A stretch of 64,000 bases of DNA, from contig CAYNYF010000005.1 in the NCBI GenBank assembly GCA_964401385.1, positions 5,810 through 69,809 on the forward strand. The letters run 5' to 3'. Origin of the DNA: an uncultured Planctomycetaceae bacterium (GTDB lineage: Bacteria > Planctomycetota > Phycisphaerae > SM23-33). A program made the translations under genes and the position numbers. Below the pieces are notes generated by a model. That model had not been told where the DNA came from. It saw nothing but the letters and a program-made list of their open reading frames with translations, and did not search any database. The first letter of the stretch is position 1, and each line of letters starts with the position of its first letter. Positions 19,389 to 29,214 of this stretch are shown here, in pieces.

Positions 19389-20579
19389 CTAGGCGTGGCC
19401 GCGGCCGTGCTCGCGGTAGTGATGCAGGCCTTCCATGAAGGCGCGGACGTTTTCCCGATTCGTGCCGGGGGCGATGCTGCTGCTGGCGCCCAGCATCAGC
19501 CCGACCTCCGGTCCGTTGGCCACGAGCCACTTCATCTGGTCCACCACGTCCTGCCGGCTGCCGAAGGGCAGCGTCGTGGTCACGGACACGCCGGCGATGA
19601 TGAACAGGGGCCCGCCCGCGCGGTCCTTCATTTGGCAGATGCGGGCGTAGTCCATGCCGTCCTCGTATTGAAAGCCCTGGAACCCGCCGATTCCCGCCTC
19701 GATCAGCCGCGGCACCATCGCCATCAGGTTGCCGTCGCAATGCCACAGCAGGCGGATGCCGGCGTCGCCGAACGGCTCGATCGCCCGGGCGAAGTGCGGC
19801 AGCCAGATCGCGTCCAGCGTCTTGACGTCCACCAGCGTCCCGCGCGAGTCAGCCATGTCGTGATCCAGCCGGAGCTGCCGCGGCAGGCCGCCCTCGACGA
19901 TGGCCCTGGCGGCCAGGCGGTTCCGCAGCACGGACAGGTCGGCCTGCTGGGCGAAGTCCCGCTCCATCACGTCAGGGAACAGGGCGTAGGCCGCGAAGTA
20001 GTCGGCGTAGCCGTAGGCGCCGTAGTGCAGCCCGGGAAAGCTCTGGAAGCCGTCGCTGTAGGGCCCCTTGAGCAGGTCGCCCCCGAAGCGCCTCTGAAGG
20101 CTCGCCTCGCTCTCGATCAGCTCGGCCAGGCGCGCGGGGGCATCGGCGTCAAACGCCTCGATCTCGGCGGCCCGGCGGGGGAAAACCACCGTCTCCATGT
20201 GCTCGACGACGGCCTCGGGGGAGTCGATCTCGATGCCGTCCAGGACGACCCTCTCGGCCCCGGTGGTGGCCTTTCGCGGCGTGGCGGAGGAAAACCCGTC
20301 CTGCTCCATGGTCAGCGGGTTGGTGGGGATGAACTGATCGATAAAGCACGCGCCGGCGAGCTGCTGGAAGGCTAGGTAGACCGTCTCCGGATCGGCGGCG
20401 AAATCGCCGGGCCGCCGCCCGGTCGCCTGCTCGATGAAGGGCACGTCCATGACGTGGACGATCCAGCCGGGAATGCCCCGGACGGGCTTCATGGCGAGGG
20501 TGTCCCAGGCCAGTTGCGCCCGGCCGCCCCATCTGCCCGCCAGGGATTCGTAGTACCCTTGCATGGTTCCGTCCTGCAC
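19389..20579 (-). CDS. Uroporphyrinogen-decarboxylase (URO-D)-like family protein
   Basis: About 396 aa; overall URO-D/MtaA-like TIM-barrel character. Not a canonical HemE. Confidence 0.55.
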   Translation of the reverse strand: MQDGTMQGYYESLAGRWGGRAQLAWDTLAMKPVRGIPGWIVHVMDVPFIEQATGRRPGDFAADPETVYLAFQQLAGACFIDQFIPTNPLTMEQDGFSSATPRKATTGAERVVLDGIEIDSPEAVVEHMETVVFPRRAAEIEAFDADAPARLAELIESEASLQRRFGGDLLKGPYSDGFQSFPGLHYGAYGYADYFAAYALFPDVMERDFAQQADLSVLRNRLAARAIVEGGLPRQLRLDHDMADSRGTLVDVKTLDAIWLPHFARAIEPFGDAGIRLLWHCDGNLMAMVPRLIEAGIGGFQGFQYEDGMDYARICQMKDRAGGPLFIIAGVSVTTTLPFGSRQDVVDQMKWLVANGPEVGLMLGASSSIAPGTNRENVRAFMEGLHHYREHGRGHA

Positions 20580-20600
20580 GCTCTCCGGCCGGGGCGAGGG

Positions 20601-22001
20601 CTACCCGCGGCCCAGCTCCTCGGCCGTCTCGCCGATGGCCTGGTCGATGATGTCCAGCCCGCGCAGCAACTCGGCCTCGTTCATCACGATCGGCGGGCTC
20701 ATGCGAAGGATGTGCCCGGCCGGGATCCACGCCAGGCCCTTCCGGAAGGCCTTGACGTAGACCATCCTGCCGGCCTCGTCAAATGGTTCTTTCGTGGAGC
20801 GGTCCTTGACCAGCTCCACGCCCATCAGGCAGCCCCTCGCCCGCACGTCGCCGATGATTCCGTGGGAGGACTTCATCTCCTCCAGCCGCTTGCCGGCGAT
20901 CTCGCCCAGCCGGCGGCTGTTTTCCAGCAGCCCCTCTTCCTCGATCACCTCGATGGACGCCAGCGCGGCCGCACACGCCATCGGGTTGCCGCCGTAGCTG
21001 CTGGAGGCGCTGATCCGATCGAAGTTGTCCCGAATCCCCTCGCGGGCGACGCAGGCGGTGACGGGAAAACCGTTGCCCAGCCCCTTGCCCAGCGTCACCA
21101 CGTCCGGCAGCACGCCCCAGTGCTCCATGCACAGCCACCGTCCGGTGCGGCCCATGCCGGTGAGTACCTCATCCGCCACCAGCAGGATGCCGCGCTCGTC
21201 GCAGAAGCCCCGCAGCGCGGGGAAGAAATCATCCGGCGGGGTGATGGTGCCGGCCCAGCCCTGGATCGGCTCCAGCACGAACGCCGCCACCTGAGCGGTC
21301 GTGCCCTCCCGGATGAACTGGTCGTAGTAGGAAAGGTAGGCCTGCGTGTCCGGCGAGCCGTCCGGGCGCGCCCACAGCGGCCGGTACGTGTCCGGCCGGG
21401 GCAGCATGTAGAACCCCGGCATCCGCGTGGGCGCGTACATCGGATTCATCCGGGCGCAGGAAACCGACCCCAGCGTCTTGCCGTGGAAGTCCATGAAGCC
21501 CGACAGGAACTCCGTCCGCCCGGTCGCGGCCCGGCAGACGCGCATGGCCGCCTCCACCGCCACCGTGCCGCTGTCGTAAAGCTGCATGCCGTTCAGATCG
21601 CCCGGCAGAATCTCGGCGAGCTTCCTGACCAGCGCCTCCTTGACCGGCGTGGTGAAGTCGTGGCAGTTCATCAGCCGGCGGGCCCAATGGGCCACCGCCT
21701 CGCTGACCTTCGGGTGGCAGTGGCCCAGGCTGGTGACGTAGATGCCGCTGGAGAAGTCCAGGTACCGGTTGCCGTCCACGTCCTCCAGCGTAACCCCGCG
21801 GCCGCGGCTCCAGCAGACCGGAAAGAGCCTCACCTGGCCGGACAGCCCCTTGTAGTGGCCGGCGGCCGAGGCGTGCAGGCGGCGGCTCTCCGGCCCGGGC
21901 GGCGTGGTCACAATGTTCGGCACCCGCGACAGGTCCGCGCGGCACCAGTCCCGGTCGTACTCAACCTTGGGAATGATCTGCTCCGCTGCCGTCTTCGACA
22001 T
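20601..22001 (-). CDS. Class-III (omega/GABA-AT-like) PLP-dependent aminotransferase
   Basis: LVADEVLTGMGRTGRW and the lysine motif TLGKGLGNGFP. Start set at MSKTAAEQ with GAAGGAAGG RBS; the track's GTG at 22022 is also possible. Confidence 0.85.
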   Translation of the reverse strand: MSKTAAEQIIPKVEYDRDWCRADLSRVPNIVTTPPGPESRRLHASAAGHYKGLSGQVRLFPVCWSRGRGVTLEDVDGNRYLDFSSGIYVTSLGHCHPKVSEAVAHWARRLMNCHDFTTPVKEALVRKLAEILPGDLNGMQLYDSGTVAVEAAMRVCRAATGRTEFLSGFMDFHGKTLGSVSCARMNPMYAPTRMPGFYMLPRPDTYRPLWARPDGSPDTQAYLSYYDQFIREGTTAQVAAFVLEPIQGWAGTITPPDDFFPALRGFCDERGILLVADEVLTGMGRTGRWLCMEHWGVLPDVVTLGKGLGNGFPVTACVAREGIRDNFDRISASSSYGGNPMACAAALASIEVIEEEGLLENSRRLGEIAGKRLEEMKSSHGIIGDVRARGCLMGVELVKDRSTKEPFDEAGRMVYVKAFRKGLAWIPAGHILRMSPPIVMNEAELLRGLDIIDQAIGETAEELGRG

Positions 22002-22014
22002 CGCTGGCCTTCCT

Positions 22015-23409
22015 TCATCCACGGGCGCCCGCGGCCGACGACCGCAGCAGCGACCGGAACTTCTCGATGATGAAATCCACGATCTGCTCGTCCGCCGCCA
22101 GGGAGAGCTTGGTCAGGATCGTGCTGTGCCCGGCGTGATACGCGTGCACGCGGACCCACAGCCCGGCCTCGACCGCCCGGCGGTGAAAATCCAGCGCGTC
22201 CTCGACCCGGCGGAACTTCAGCCCCGCCAGGTGCCGCTTGCCGCGGGCGTCCTGAACGACGCCGCCGAACTCCTCGGCCAGTTCCGAGAGCCGCCCCAGG
22301 AAGCGGTCGCCCACGGCCGCGAGCCGCTCGCCCTGCCCGGAGACCATGTCCATCACGCACAGCCCGACGTAGCTGGCCAGCGAGGCGCTGCCGTTGGTGT
22401 TGATCGCGTCATACTGGCCGAGCACATCGTAACGGCTCTTGTACAACACCGCCGCCAGCGGATGGAAGCCCGCGGTCATGCCCTTGCCGGCGATGACCAT
22501 GTCCGGGACGAAGCCCATCGTGCGGTAGGCGAAGATCTCCGGCTGCCAGAAGCCGGTCTGGATTTCGTCCATGCACATGATCGCGCCGGCCTCGTCGCAC
22601 AGCCGCCGAGTGAGTTGCAGGTACGACGGCTGGAGGGGGAGAGCCTCGCGGTTCATCATGATCGGCTCGGCCCAGAAGGCGGCGACGCGCCGGCCATGGC
22701 GGCGAAAGACCGCCTTCAACTCTTCGGCATCGTTCGGCTGGACGGTGGCGACTTCCAGGCCCTTGACGTACTGCCGCCACATGCCGCGCATGTACTGGGG
22801 AACCATGTCGGTGCCGTGGTAGTTGCCGTCCAGAACCACCACCACCGGCTTGCCCCTGCCCCGGTGGGCGCGCTTATACCAGACAAGCTGCATCTTCAGG
22901 GCCGCCTCGCAGGCGACCGAGCCGGTGCAGCAGCCCAGCAGCACCGTGTCGATGGGGTCCCGCTGGCCGGGGGGGCTGGCCGCCTCCACCAGCCGGTGGG
23001 CCAGGCGCTTCACCGGCGCCTGCGGGATGTTGGCATGGTTGTCCCAGACGACCCCGGCCGCGACGGCCTCGTTGATGGCCGCGCACAACTGCGGGTGGTT
23101 GTAGCCCCAGAGCATCTGGTAGTGCCCGGAGGTGCAGTCCAGGTACAGCCGCCGCTGCTCGGTGAGGTAGAACAGCCCGCGCCCGACCAGCAGGTCGTCG
23201 CAGGCGGCCGTCTGGCTTCCGCCGAAGGAGTCCTGAAGGGCCGTCTTGTCGACCGGCGTCAGCGCGGGGATTTCCTCAATGGTCTGGCCGACGCGGGCCA
23301 GGAGCTGGTCGGTCGGCCCGGTGAGGAAATCCAATCCGGCCCGCATGCTGGCGAGCGTCTGCCCGCCGTCGGGCCCCAGCAACGAAGCGGCTGTCGAGAG
23401 CTGTGTCAT
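22015..23409 (-). CDS. Class-III PLP-dependent aminotransferase (second, tandem)
   Basis: MCMDEIQTGFWQ and AGKGMTAGFHP motifs; 464 aa. Confidence 0.85.
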   Translation of the reverse strand: MTQLSTAASLLGPDGGQTLASMRAGLDFLTGPTDQLLARVGQTIEEIPALTPVDKTALQDSFGGSQTAACDDLLVGRGLFYLTEQRRLYLDCTSGHYQMLWGYNHPQLCAAINEAVAAGVVWDNHANIPQAPVKRLAHRLVEAASPPGQRDPIDTVLLGCCTGSVACEAALKMQLVWYKRAHRGRGKPVVVVLDGNYHGTDMVPQYMRGMWRQYVKGLEVATVQPNDAEELKAVFRRHGRRVAAFWAEPIMMNREALPLQPSYLQLTRRLCDEAGAIMCMDEIQTGFWQPEIFAYRTMGFVPDMVIAGKGMTAGFHPLAAVLYKSRYDVLGQYDAINTNGSASLASYVGLCVMDMVSGQGERLAAVGDRFLGRLSELAEEFGGVVQDARGKRHLAGLKFRRVEDALDFHRRAVEAGLWVRVHAYHAGHSTILTKLSLAADEQIVDFIIEKFRSLLRSSAAGARG

Positions 23410-23413
23410 GTTG

Positions 23414-24223
23414 CTACTCCAGACTGTACTTGGCGATCATCGCCTCCGGGGCGGCGTTTTCCCTGACGACCTCGCACAGGGCGGCCTGAAAGGCCTGGGG
23501 GTCGGGAACCTGGATGGCGTTGCGTCCGAAGACCACCCCGGCCGCGCCGGTCGAAACCTCCGCCGCCGCCAGGGCAAGCGCCTCCCGCTGCGTGGGCAGC
23601 CGCTCGGCCCCGAGGGCGAGCACGGGAACCGGACACGTGCCGGTGACCTCCTCGAATCGGCAGGTGCAGAAGGTTTTGATCGCGTCGGCGCCCAGCTCGG
23701 CCACGATCCGGCTGCCGATGCGCACGTTCTCATGTAGCTCCTCTGCCGACATGTCGGCGTGTCCGGTCGGGAAATACTCGCCGATGACGGGAATGCCCAG
23801 ACGGTGGCAGCGGTTCATCGCCCGGGCGAACACGGACACGTTGGCGGCGTCGCGCTGCTCGGACCCGGTCCGCAGCGTCAGCGACACCAGGGCGAGGTCC
23901 ATCCCCTCGCGGAGGGCGTCCTCGGCATCGTAGCAGTCGGCGCTGGGGGCCTCGCGGCAGCCCCACGTGAAGCAGTACACCGAGTTCCAGTTCAGCCGGA
24001 CCGCGGCCAGTGGTCGGCGCCGCCCGGCGAAGATGCCGCAGCAGTGTCGCAGCATCCCCGGCGACAGCAGGACCGCGTCGACGGCCGGGTTGATCTTCCC
24101 GGCCGTGGCGGGCAGGTCCTCCATGCCGGCGATGGGCCCGTCGAACAGGCCGTGGTCGATGGCGATGATGACCGCCCTGCCGTCGCCCAGCAGCCGCCGC
24201 ATCCGGATTTCACGACCGTCCAT
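23414..24223 (-). CDS. Class I aldolase (DeoC/FbaB/LacD-type TIM-barrel aldolase family)
   Basis: AVIIAIDHG N-terminal motif and GADAIKT lysine region typical of this aldolase family. Confidence 0.7.
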   Translation of the reverse strand: MDGREIRMRRLLGDGRAVIIAIDHGLFDGPIAGMEDLPATAGKINPAVDAVLLSPGMLRHCCGIFAGRRRPLAAVRLNWNSVYCFTWGCREAPSADCYDAEDALREGMDLALVSLTLRTGSEQRDAANVSVFARAMNRCHRLGIPVIGEYFPTGHADMSAEELHENVRIGSRIVAELGADAIKTFCTCRFEEVTGTCPVPVLALGAERLPTQREALALAAAEVSTGAAGVVFGRNAIQVPDPQAFQAALCEVVRENAAPEAMIAKYSLE

Positions 24224-24241
24224 ATTCTTTCCTCGCTTCCG

Positions 24242-25021
24242 TCATGCCAGCGTCACCTTGACTCCCCGCCGCCGCATGGCCGCCACGAGCGACCCGCTCG
24301 CCCGCCGATCCGTGATGAGTTCATCCACGTCCTGGATGCGGGCGAACCTGGCGGCGGCGGTGCGCCCGAGCTTGTCGGCGTCGGCCACGACGATCACCCG
24401 CCGCGCCCGCCGGACCATCAGGGCGGCCACGCCGGCAACCTCCGCATCGTCGGCGAAGCTGCCTCGCTGCGGGTCCACGCCGTCGCTGCCGACGAAGGCC
24501 ACGTCGGCCCGCATCTGCCTTAGCGCCGCCTCCGTCTCGGCCCCGGCTAGGTCCGGCGAGCCGTCGCGGACGCGCCCGCCCAGCAGCACCAGCGCCACCG
24601 GCTCGCGCGACCACAGCTCGGCCGCCACCGCCAGCGAGGACGTGACCACGGTGCAGCGCCGCCTCGTCCGCGCCAGGGCCCGGGCCAGCGCCAGGGTCGT
24701 GGTGCCGGTGTCCACGAAGACCGTATCGCCCGGCCTGACCCTCCCGACCGCGGCCGCGGCGATGCGGCGCTTCTCAGGCAGGTGCGACAGGTGCCGCTGG
24801 CTGAAGGCGTATTCGAAGGTGATCCTCCCGGCCGGCACCGCCCCGCCATAGCTGCGGATGGCCACGCCGGCCGAGGCCAGCGCCGCCAGATCGCGCCGGA
24901 TCGTCATTGCCGTCACGCCGAGCCTCTCGGCCGCCTCGGAAGTGCGGATCCGCTCGCTCGATCGCAGCAGCCGGGTCAGGACCCGCCGGCGAAGCTCTGC
25001 CTCTCTGGAAGATCGCGACAT
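24242..25021 (-). CDS. DeoR-family transcriptional regulator
   Basis: N-terminal HTH (AAERLGVTAMTIRRDLAAL) plus DeoR C-terminal sugar-phosphate-binding domain. First gene of the 13-gene minus-strand cluster. Confidence 0.85.
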   Translation of the reverse strand: MSRSSREAELRRRVLTRLLRSSERIRTSEAAERLGVTAMTIRRDLAALASAGVAIRSYGGAVPAGRITFEYAFSQRHLSHLPEKRRIAAAAVGRVRPGDTVFVDTGTTTLALARALARTRRRCTVVTSSLAVAAELWSREPVALVLLGGRVRDGSPDLAGAETEAALRQMRADVAFVGSDGVDPQRGSFADDAEVAGVAALMVRRARRVIVVADADKLGRTAAARFARIQDVDELITDRRASGSLVAAMRRRGVKVTLA

Positions 25022-25037
25022 GAAACCACACGCCCAA

Positions 25038-25058
25038 TAATGTTCACTTCGAACATTA
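25038..25058. promoter_or_regulatory. Perfect palindrome TAATGTTC-acttc-GAACATTA; candidate DeoR operator
   Basis: 8-bp perfect inverted repeat with 5-bp spacer, 17 bp upstream of the deoR-family start, in the divergent region shared with the MFS transporter. Confidence 0.45.
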
Positions 25059-25167
25059 TAACCGCCGCCCCCGCCACTGCAAGCGCCAACCCGCCGCCGC
25101 GCGCGGCCGGCGCCACGGCCGCGCCGGCTTGTCGGCCAAGCCCGCGTCGGGTAGAATTGGTCCGAAC

Positions 25168-26547
25168 ATGGAAGCCCCGGCCGAGAAGAGCCCCCGCAGA
25201 ATGCTGTTCCACTTCAGCCTGTACGGCTTCCTGAAGAACCAACAGTATTACGAGCCCTTCCTGATGCTCTTCTTCCTCCAGACGCTCAGCGAGGACTTCT
25301 TCAAGGTGGGACTGCTGGTCAGCTACCGCGAGGTCTTGATCAACCTGTTCGAAGTGCCCAGCGGCGCCATTGCCGACCTGTACGGGCGGCGCCGGTGCAT
25401 GATGTTCAGCTTCTGCGCGTACATCGTCTCCTTTGCCATCTTCGCCTTTTCATCGGTCCTGTGGCAACTGCTGCTGGCCATGAGCTTTTTCTCCCTTGGC
25501 GACGCCTTCCGCACGGGCACGCACAAGGCGATGATCTTCGGCTACCTCCACCGCCACGGACGCTCGGACGAAAAGACCAAGTACTACGGCACGACCCGGA
25601 GCTGGTCGAAGATGGGCTCGGCCCTGTCGGTGGTCATCGCCGCGGGGATAGTATTCACGGCGTCGGCCTTTTACGGCAACTCACAGGCCCCGGTGTACCG
25701 CTATCTGTTCCTGGCCTGCATCGTGCCGTACCTGATCGGGCTGGTCAACTTCACCGGTTATCCCCGGTACCTCGACGGCACGGCCGGCAAGGCCCCGGCG
25801 ATCGGCAAGATCTTCACCCACCTGCTGCGCGTGGGGCGCGACGCCGTCAAGGCCCCGGCCCTGCGGAGGCTGCTGATCGAGTCGATGGGCTACGAGGGCC
25901 TCTACAAGGTCGCCAAGGACTACCTCCAGCCGATCGTCAAGGGCCTGGCGCTGACGCTGCCGCTGCTGGCGGCGCTGAAGGGCATGCAGCGGACGGCCGC
26001 GCTGATCCTCGTCGTCTACGTCGCCATATACCTGCTGGAGAGCTTCTCCTCCCGGCGCAGCGACAGCGTGCGTCGGCGCAAAGGCGGCGAGGAGCACGGG
26101 GCGTGGTTCCTGTGGAAGCTGAACCTGATCGTCTTCAGCGCGATCGCCGCCGGGCTCACGGTCGACTGCTACCTCAGCGGGGCGGCCGTCTCCTTTGGGC
26201 TGGTGGTGGCGATCGCCGGCTTCATGGCCTTGGCCGTGCTCCAGAACCTCTGGCGGCCGATGCACATGGGCCGGTTCGACACCGTCGGCTACGCCAAGGC
26301 CGGCGCCACCATCCTCAGCGTCGAATCCCAGGCCAAGAGCCTCTCGGCGGCAATCTTCGCCCCGCTGCTGGGGCTGGCCGTCAACGCCATCAAGAACTTC
26401 CCCCAGGTGCACAGCGAACACGCCAAGTTCATCCCCATCTCCCTGGTCGGCATCCTCTTTGCCGCGGCCATGCTGACGCTCCGCCGCGGCCCCCGGCCCC
26501 GGGCGCAGGGTGCCGATGCTGTGCAGGCAACGACCGAGGACGTATAA
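25168..26547 (+). CDS. MFS transporter
   Basis: About 12 hydrophobic helices; divergent from the DeoR-regulated cluster. Start taken at ATG 25168 (MEAPAEK); the track start 25129 is TTG. Confidence 0.8.
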   Translation: MEAPAEKSPRRMLFHFSLYGFLKNQQYYEPFLMLFFLQTLSEDFFKVGLLVSYREVLINLFEVPSGAIADLYGRRRCMMFSFCAYIVSFAIFAFSSVLWQLLLAMSFFSLGDAFRTGTHKAMIFGYLHRHGRSDEKTKYYGTTRSWSKMGSALSVVIAAGIVFTASAFYGNSQAPVYRYLFLACIVPYLIGLVNFTGYPRYLDGTAGKAPAIGKIFTHLLRVGRDAVKAPALRRLLIESMGYEGLYKVAKDYLQPIVKGLALTLPLLAALKGMQRTAALILVVYVAIYLLESFSSRRSDSVRRRKGGEEHGAWFLWKLNLIVFSAIAAGLTVDCYLSGAAVSFGLVVAIAGFMALAVLQNLWRPMHMGRFDTVGYAKAGATILSVESQAKSLSAAIFAPLLGLAVNAIKNFPQVHSEHAKFIPISLVGILFAAAMLTLRRGPRPRAQGADAVQATTEDV

Positions 26548-26619
26548 TCCCCGCCGGCGGATCGGCCCGGCCGCGGCCGGCCGGAAGCGCAGGAATGCAA
26601 GCGGCGTTGAGGTGCGATC

Positions 26620-27147
26620 ATGGCCCAGCATCAAAGGCGCGTCGTCATTTTTCCCGGGATGTTCGACCCCGTCACCAACGGACATCTCGACGTCATCGAG
26701 CGCGGGCGGAAGCTCTTCGACGAACTCGTCATCGCCGTCGGCGAAAACCCGGACAAGAAGGCCCTCTTCGCCCAGGCCGAACGCGCCGAGACCATCGGCC
26801 AGCTCGTCGCAAAGCACCCCAACGTGCGGGTGGAGGTCTTTGACGGGCTGACGGTCGACTTTGCCGCCAAGGTCGGCGCCGCGGCCATCCTCCGCGGCAT
26901 CCGCAACAGCTCGGATCTCCAGTTCGAATTCCAGACCGCCTTGACCAATCGAGCGGTGGCGGGCGTCGAGACCGTGTTCATCATGACCTCCACCGAGTTT
27001 GCCTTCACCTCCTCGTCTCTGATCAAGCAGATCGCCTCCATGGGCGGCGATATTTCTGCCCTGGTGCCGCCGATCGTGGTCGAGGCCATGCGAACCAAGC
27101 GCGGCGAGATACGCAACCATGACCGGCACCTGGAGGAGTCAGACTAG
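26620..27147 (+). CDS. coaD: Phosphopantetheine adenylyltransferase
   Basis: IFPGMFDPVTNGHLDVIERG (H/TxGH nucleotidyltransferase motif); 175 aa. Confidence 0.9.
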   Translation: MAQHQRRVVIFPGMFDPVTNGHLDVIERGRKLFDELVIAVGENPDKKALFAQAERAETIGQLVAKHPNVRVEVFDGLTVDFAAKVGAAAILRGIRNSSDLQFEFQTALTNRAVAGVETVFIMTSTEFAFTSSSLIKQIASMGGDISALVPPIVVEAMRTKRGEIRNHDRHLEESD

Positions 27148-27195
27148 GCGGCGGCCTGGGCGCACGCCACAAGCCGTCGAGCAAAGGGATTGACC

Positions 27196-27232
27196 AAAAA
27201 AAGTCGGCGTCAGGGGAGGGGAGCCTGACGCC
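27196..27232 (-). terminator. Intrinsic terminator (9-bp stem ggcgtcagg/cctgacgcc, 9-nt loop, then U7 on the minus strand)
   Basis: Hairpin preceded on the plus strand by aaaaaaa, which gives UUUUUUU after the hairpin on the minus-strand transcript. In the convergent coaD/nadD gap. Confidence 0.55.
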
Positions 27233-27422
27233 GTTGCAATAAACTCGGCCAAGGGAGGGAGCTCGGCCGAGGAGCCTCACTCGCTGTGCAACAACGTACA
27301 CCCCATCTTGTATTCGCAAACGGTGGAATTGTCAACCCAAAAAGATGATTTTCCCGCGGATTTTACCGTTTCCCCGTGGCCGGCCATAAGGTCTTTATTC
27401 AACACGACTTATATCGCCATAC

Positions 27423-28083
27423 TCAGTCGGCGTACAGCCCCCGCTGGCTTATATAATCTATTACAGCATAGGGGGTTAGATAACGGGCCGATTTCCCCTC
27501 CCGGACGCGTCGGCGAATCTGGGTGCTGGTGATGTCTATCAGCGGTGTCGGGGCCACCGCGGCCGCCAGGCGCGACACCTGATCGGGCGTGAAAAGCACC
27601 CGCAGCTTGTCCAGCGTCGCCGAAAGTCGGGCACTGTACGGCGGGCGGGCGAGGGTGACAATCGTGGCCATCTCGACCACCTCGCTGGCCCGGTGCCAGG
27701 TCGGCAGGTCCTCCAGCATGTCGGCCCCGATGATCCAATACAACTGCACGTCCAGGCCATGCTCCTGGCGGAGCTGCATCAACGTGTCGAAGGTATAGCT
27801 GGGCGGGGGCCGCCTCAGCTCGACGTCGCTGACGTCGAACAGTTCCTCCCCCGCAATCGCCAGCCGGGTCATTTCCAGGCGATCCTCGGCCGTGGCCGCA
27901 AAGCCGGGCGAAGCCGCCGGCCCCCGACCGCCATGGTCCACACTCTTGTGCGGCGGCACGTACGCCGGCACGAACGTGACACGCTCGAAATGGAAATACT
28001 CCGCCACCGCCCGGGCCGCGATCAGGTGCCCGTGATGAATCGGATTGAACGTCCCGCCGAACAGTACGATCCGCTCGCGCATC
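27423..28083 (-). CDS. nadD: Nicotinate-nucleotide adenylyltransferase
   Basis: Start at MRERIVLFGGTFNPIHHGH (HxGH motif); the track start 28139 is an extension. Confidence 0.85.
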
Positions 28084-28234
28084 TGGGTCTTCCTTTCGCA
28101 GCGGACATTAGAACACGCCCGGCCGTCCGATGCGAGCATCTCCGCCGGCCCGGCCGCGCCAGCGCCGACCCCGCACGCGCTGGCCTTCGAGCGGGCGTTC
28201 GGCTACACTTTCCGGCCTGCAAGGGAAGGCAGAA

Positions 28235-29062
28235 ATGAAATTGTGCCGGGTCGTCGATGAAAGCTCGCAGGTCTGTTACGCGGCCGAGGCCGACGGCGTC
28301 TTCCGAAAGGTCGCCGGCGACGTCTTCGGCGATTACAGCATCGTCGACCGGGAAATTCGCCCCGGGAAAATCCTGCCACCGGTCGTTCCGCCGAACGTCT
28401 TCGCCGTCGGGCTGAACTATCGCGGGCACGCCCGCGAGACGAACAAGCCCCTCCCCGAGGCCCCGGTGGTCTTTGCCAAGGCGACCACGTCGGTGATCGG
28501 CGCGGGCGAGCCGATCGTGCTGCCGGCGGCCGGGGCGGCGTGCGTGGACTACGAGGTGGAGCTGGCCGTGGTCATCGGGCGGACCTGCCGGGACGTCCCG
28601 GCCGAGCGGGCCGGCGAATGCGTCCTGGGCTACACCGTCGCCAACGACGTGTCCGCCCGCGACTGGCAGCGGCGGCTCGGCCAGTGGGTCCGGGCCAAGA
28701 GCTTCGACAGCTTCTGCCCGCTGGGGCCGTGCATCCAGACGGAGCTGGACCCGGCCGACGCGGGCCTCTCCTGCACCCTCAACGGAACGCTCATGCAGGA
28801 TTCAACCACCGCCGATCTGATCTTTTCCGTGCCGCAGTTGATCGAGTTTCTCTCGGCGGACCTGACGCTGCTGGCCGGGACGGTGATCCTGACCGGCACG
28901 CCGGCGGGGGTGGGCGCGGCCCGCTCGCCGCAGGTGTTCCTCCGCCCCGGCGACACGGTCACCTGCGCCGTCGAGGGCATCGGCGAGCTGACCAACCCGG
29001 TGATCGCGGCCGAAGGGGCCGCAGCCCAATCGGGCGGCGCCGGCCGGACCTGGGGAAGCTGA
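28235..29062 (+). CDS. Fumarylacetoacetate hydrolase (FAH) family protein
   Basis: Start at MKLCRV (GGGAAGG RBS). FAH-fold motifs (VFAKATTSV, CVDYEVELAVVIGR, ILTGTPAGVG). Confidence 0.8.
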   Translation: MKLCRVVDESSQVCYAAEADGVFRKVAGDVFGDYSIVDREIRPGKILPPVVPPNVFAVGLNYRGHARETNKPLPEAPVVFAKATTSVIGAGEPIVLPAAGAACVDYEVELAVVIGRTCRDVPAERAGECVLGYTVANDVSARDWQRRLGQWVRAKSFDSFCPLGPCIQTELDPADAGLSCTLNGTLMQDSTTADLIFSVPQLIEFLSADLTLLAGTVILTGTPAGVGAARSPQVFLRPGDTVTCAVEGIGELTNPVIAAEGAAAQSGGAGRTWGS

Positions 29063-29214
29063 GCCGCGCATTTGCCGTCTCCGGTCGGCGGCCCTCCGCC
29101 GCCGGGTTCCGCAAAGCGGCGCAGCGGAAGTAAAAGACGCACCGCAGGTCGCAGTGGTAGCCTTTAGGGCGGAAAGACTTACGTCCCCATTTCCGAGCGC
29201 GGGCAACCGCACCA

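Noticed and set aside
11367-19392. Very long plus-strand ORFs 11367..14135, 14924..17731 and 17203..19392
   Set aside because: Antisense of the FGGY kinase, AraA-like, creatininase, NagB-like, Gfo/Idh/MocA and amidohydrolase genes; typical high-GC open antisense frames.
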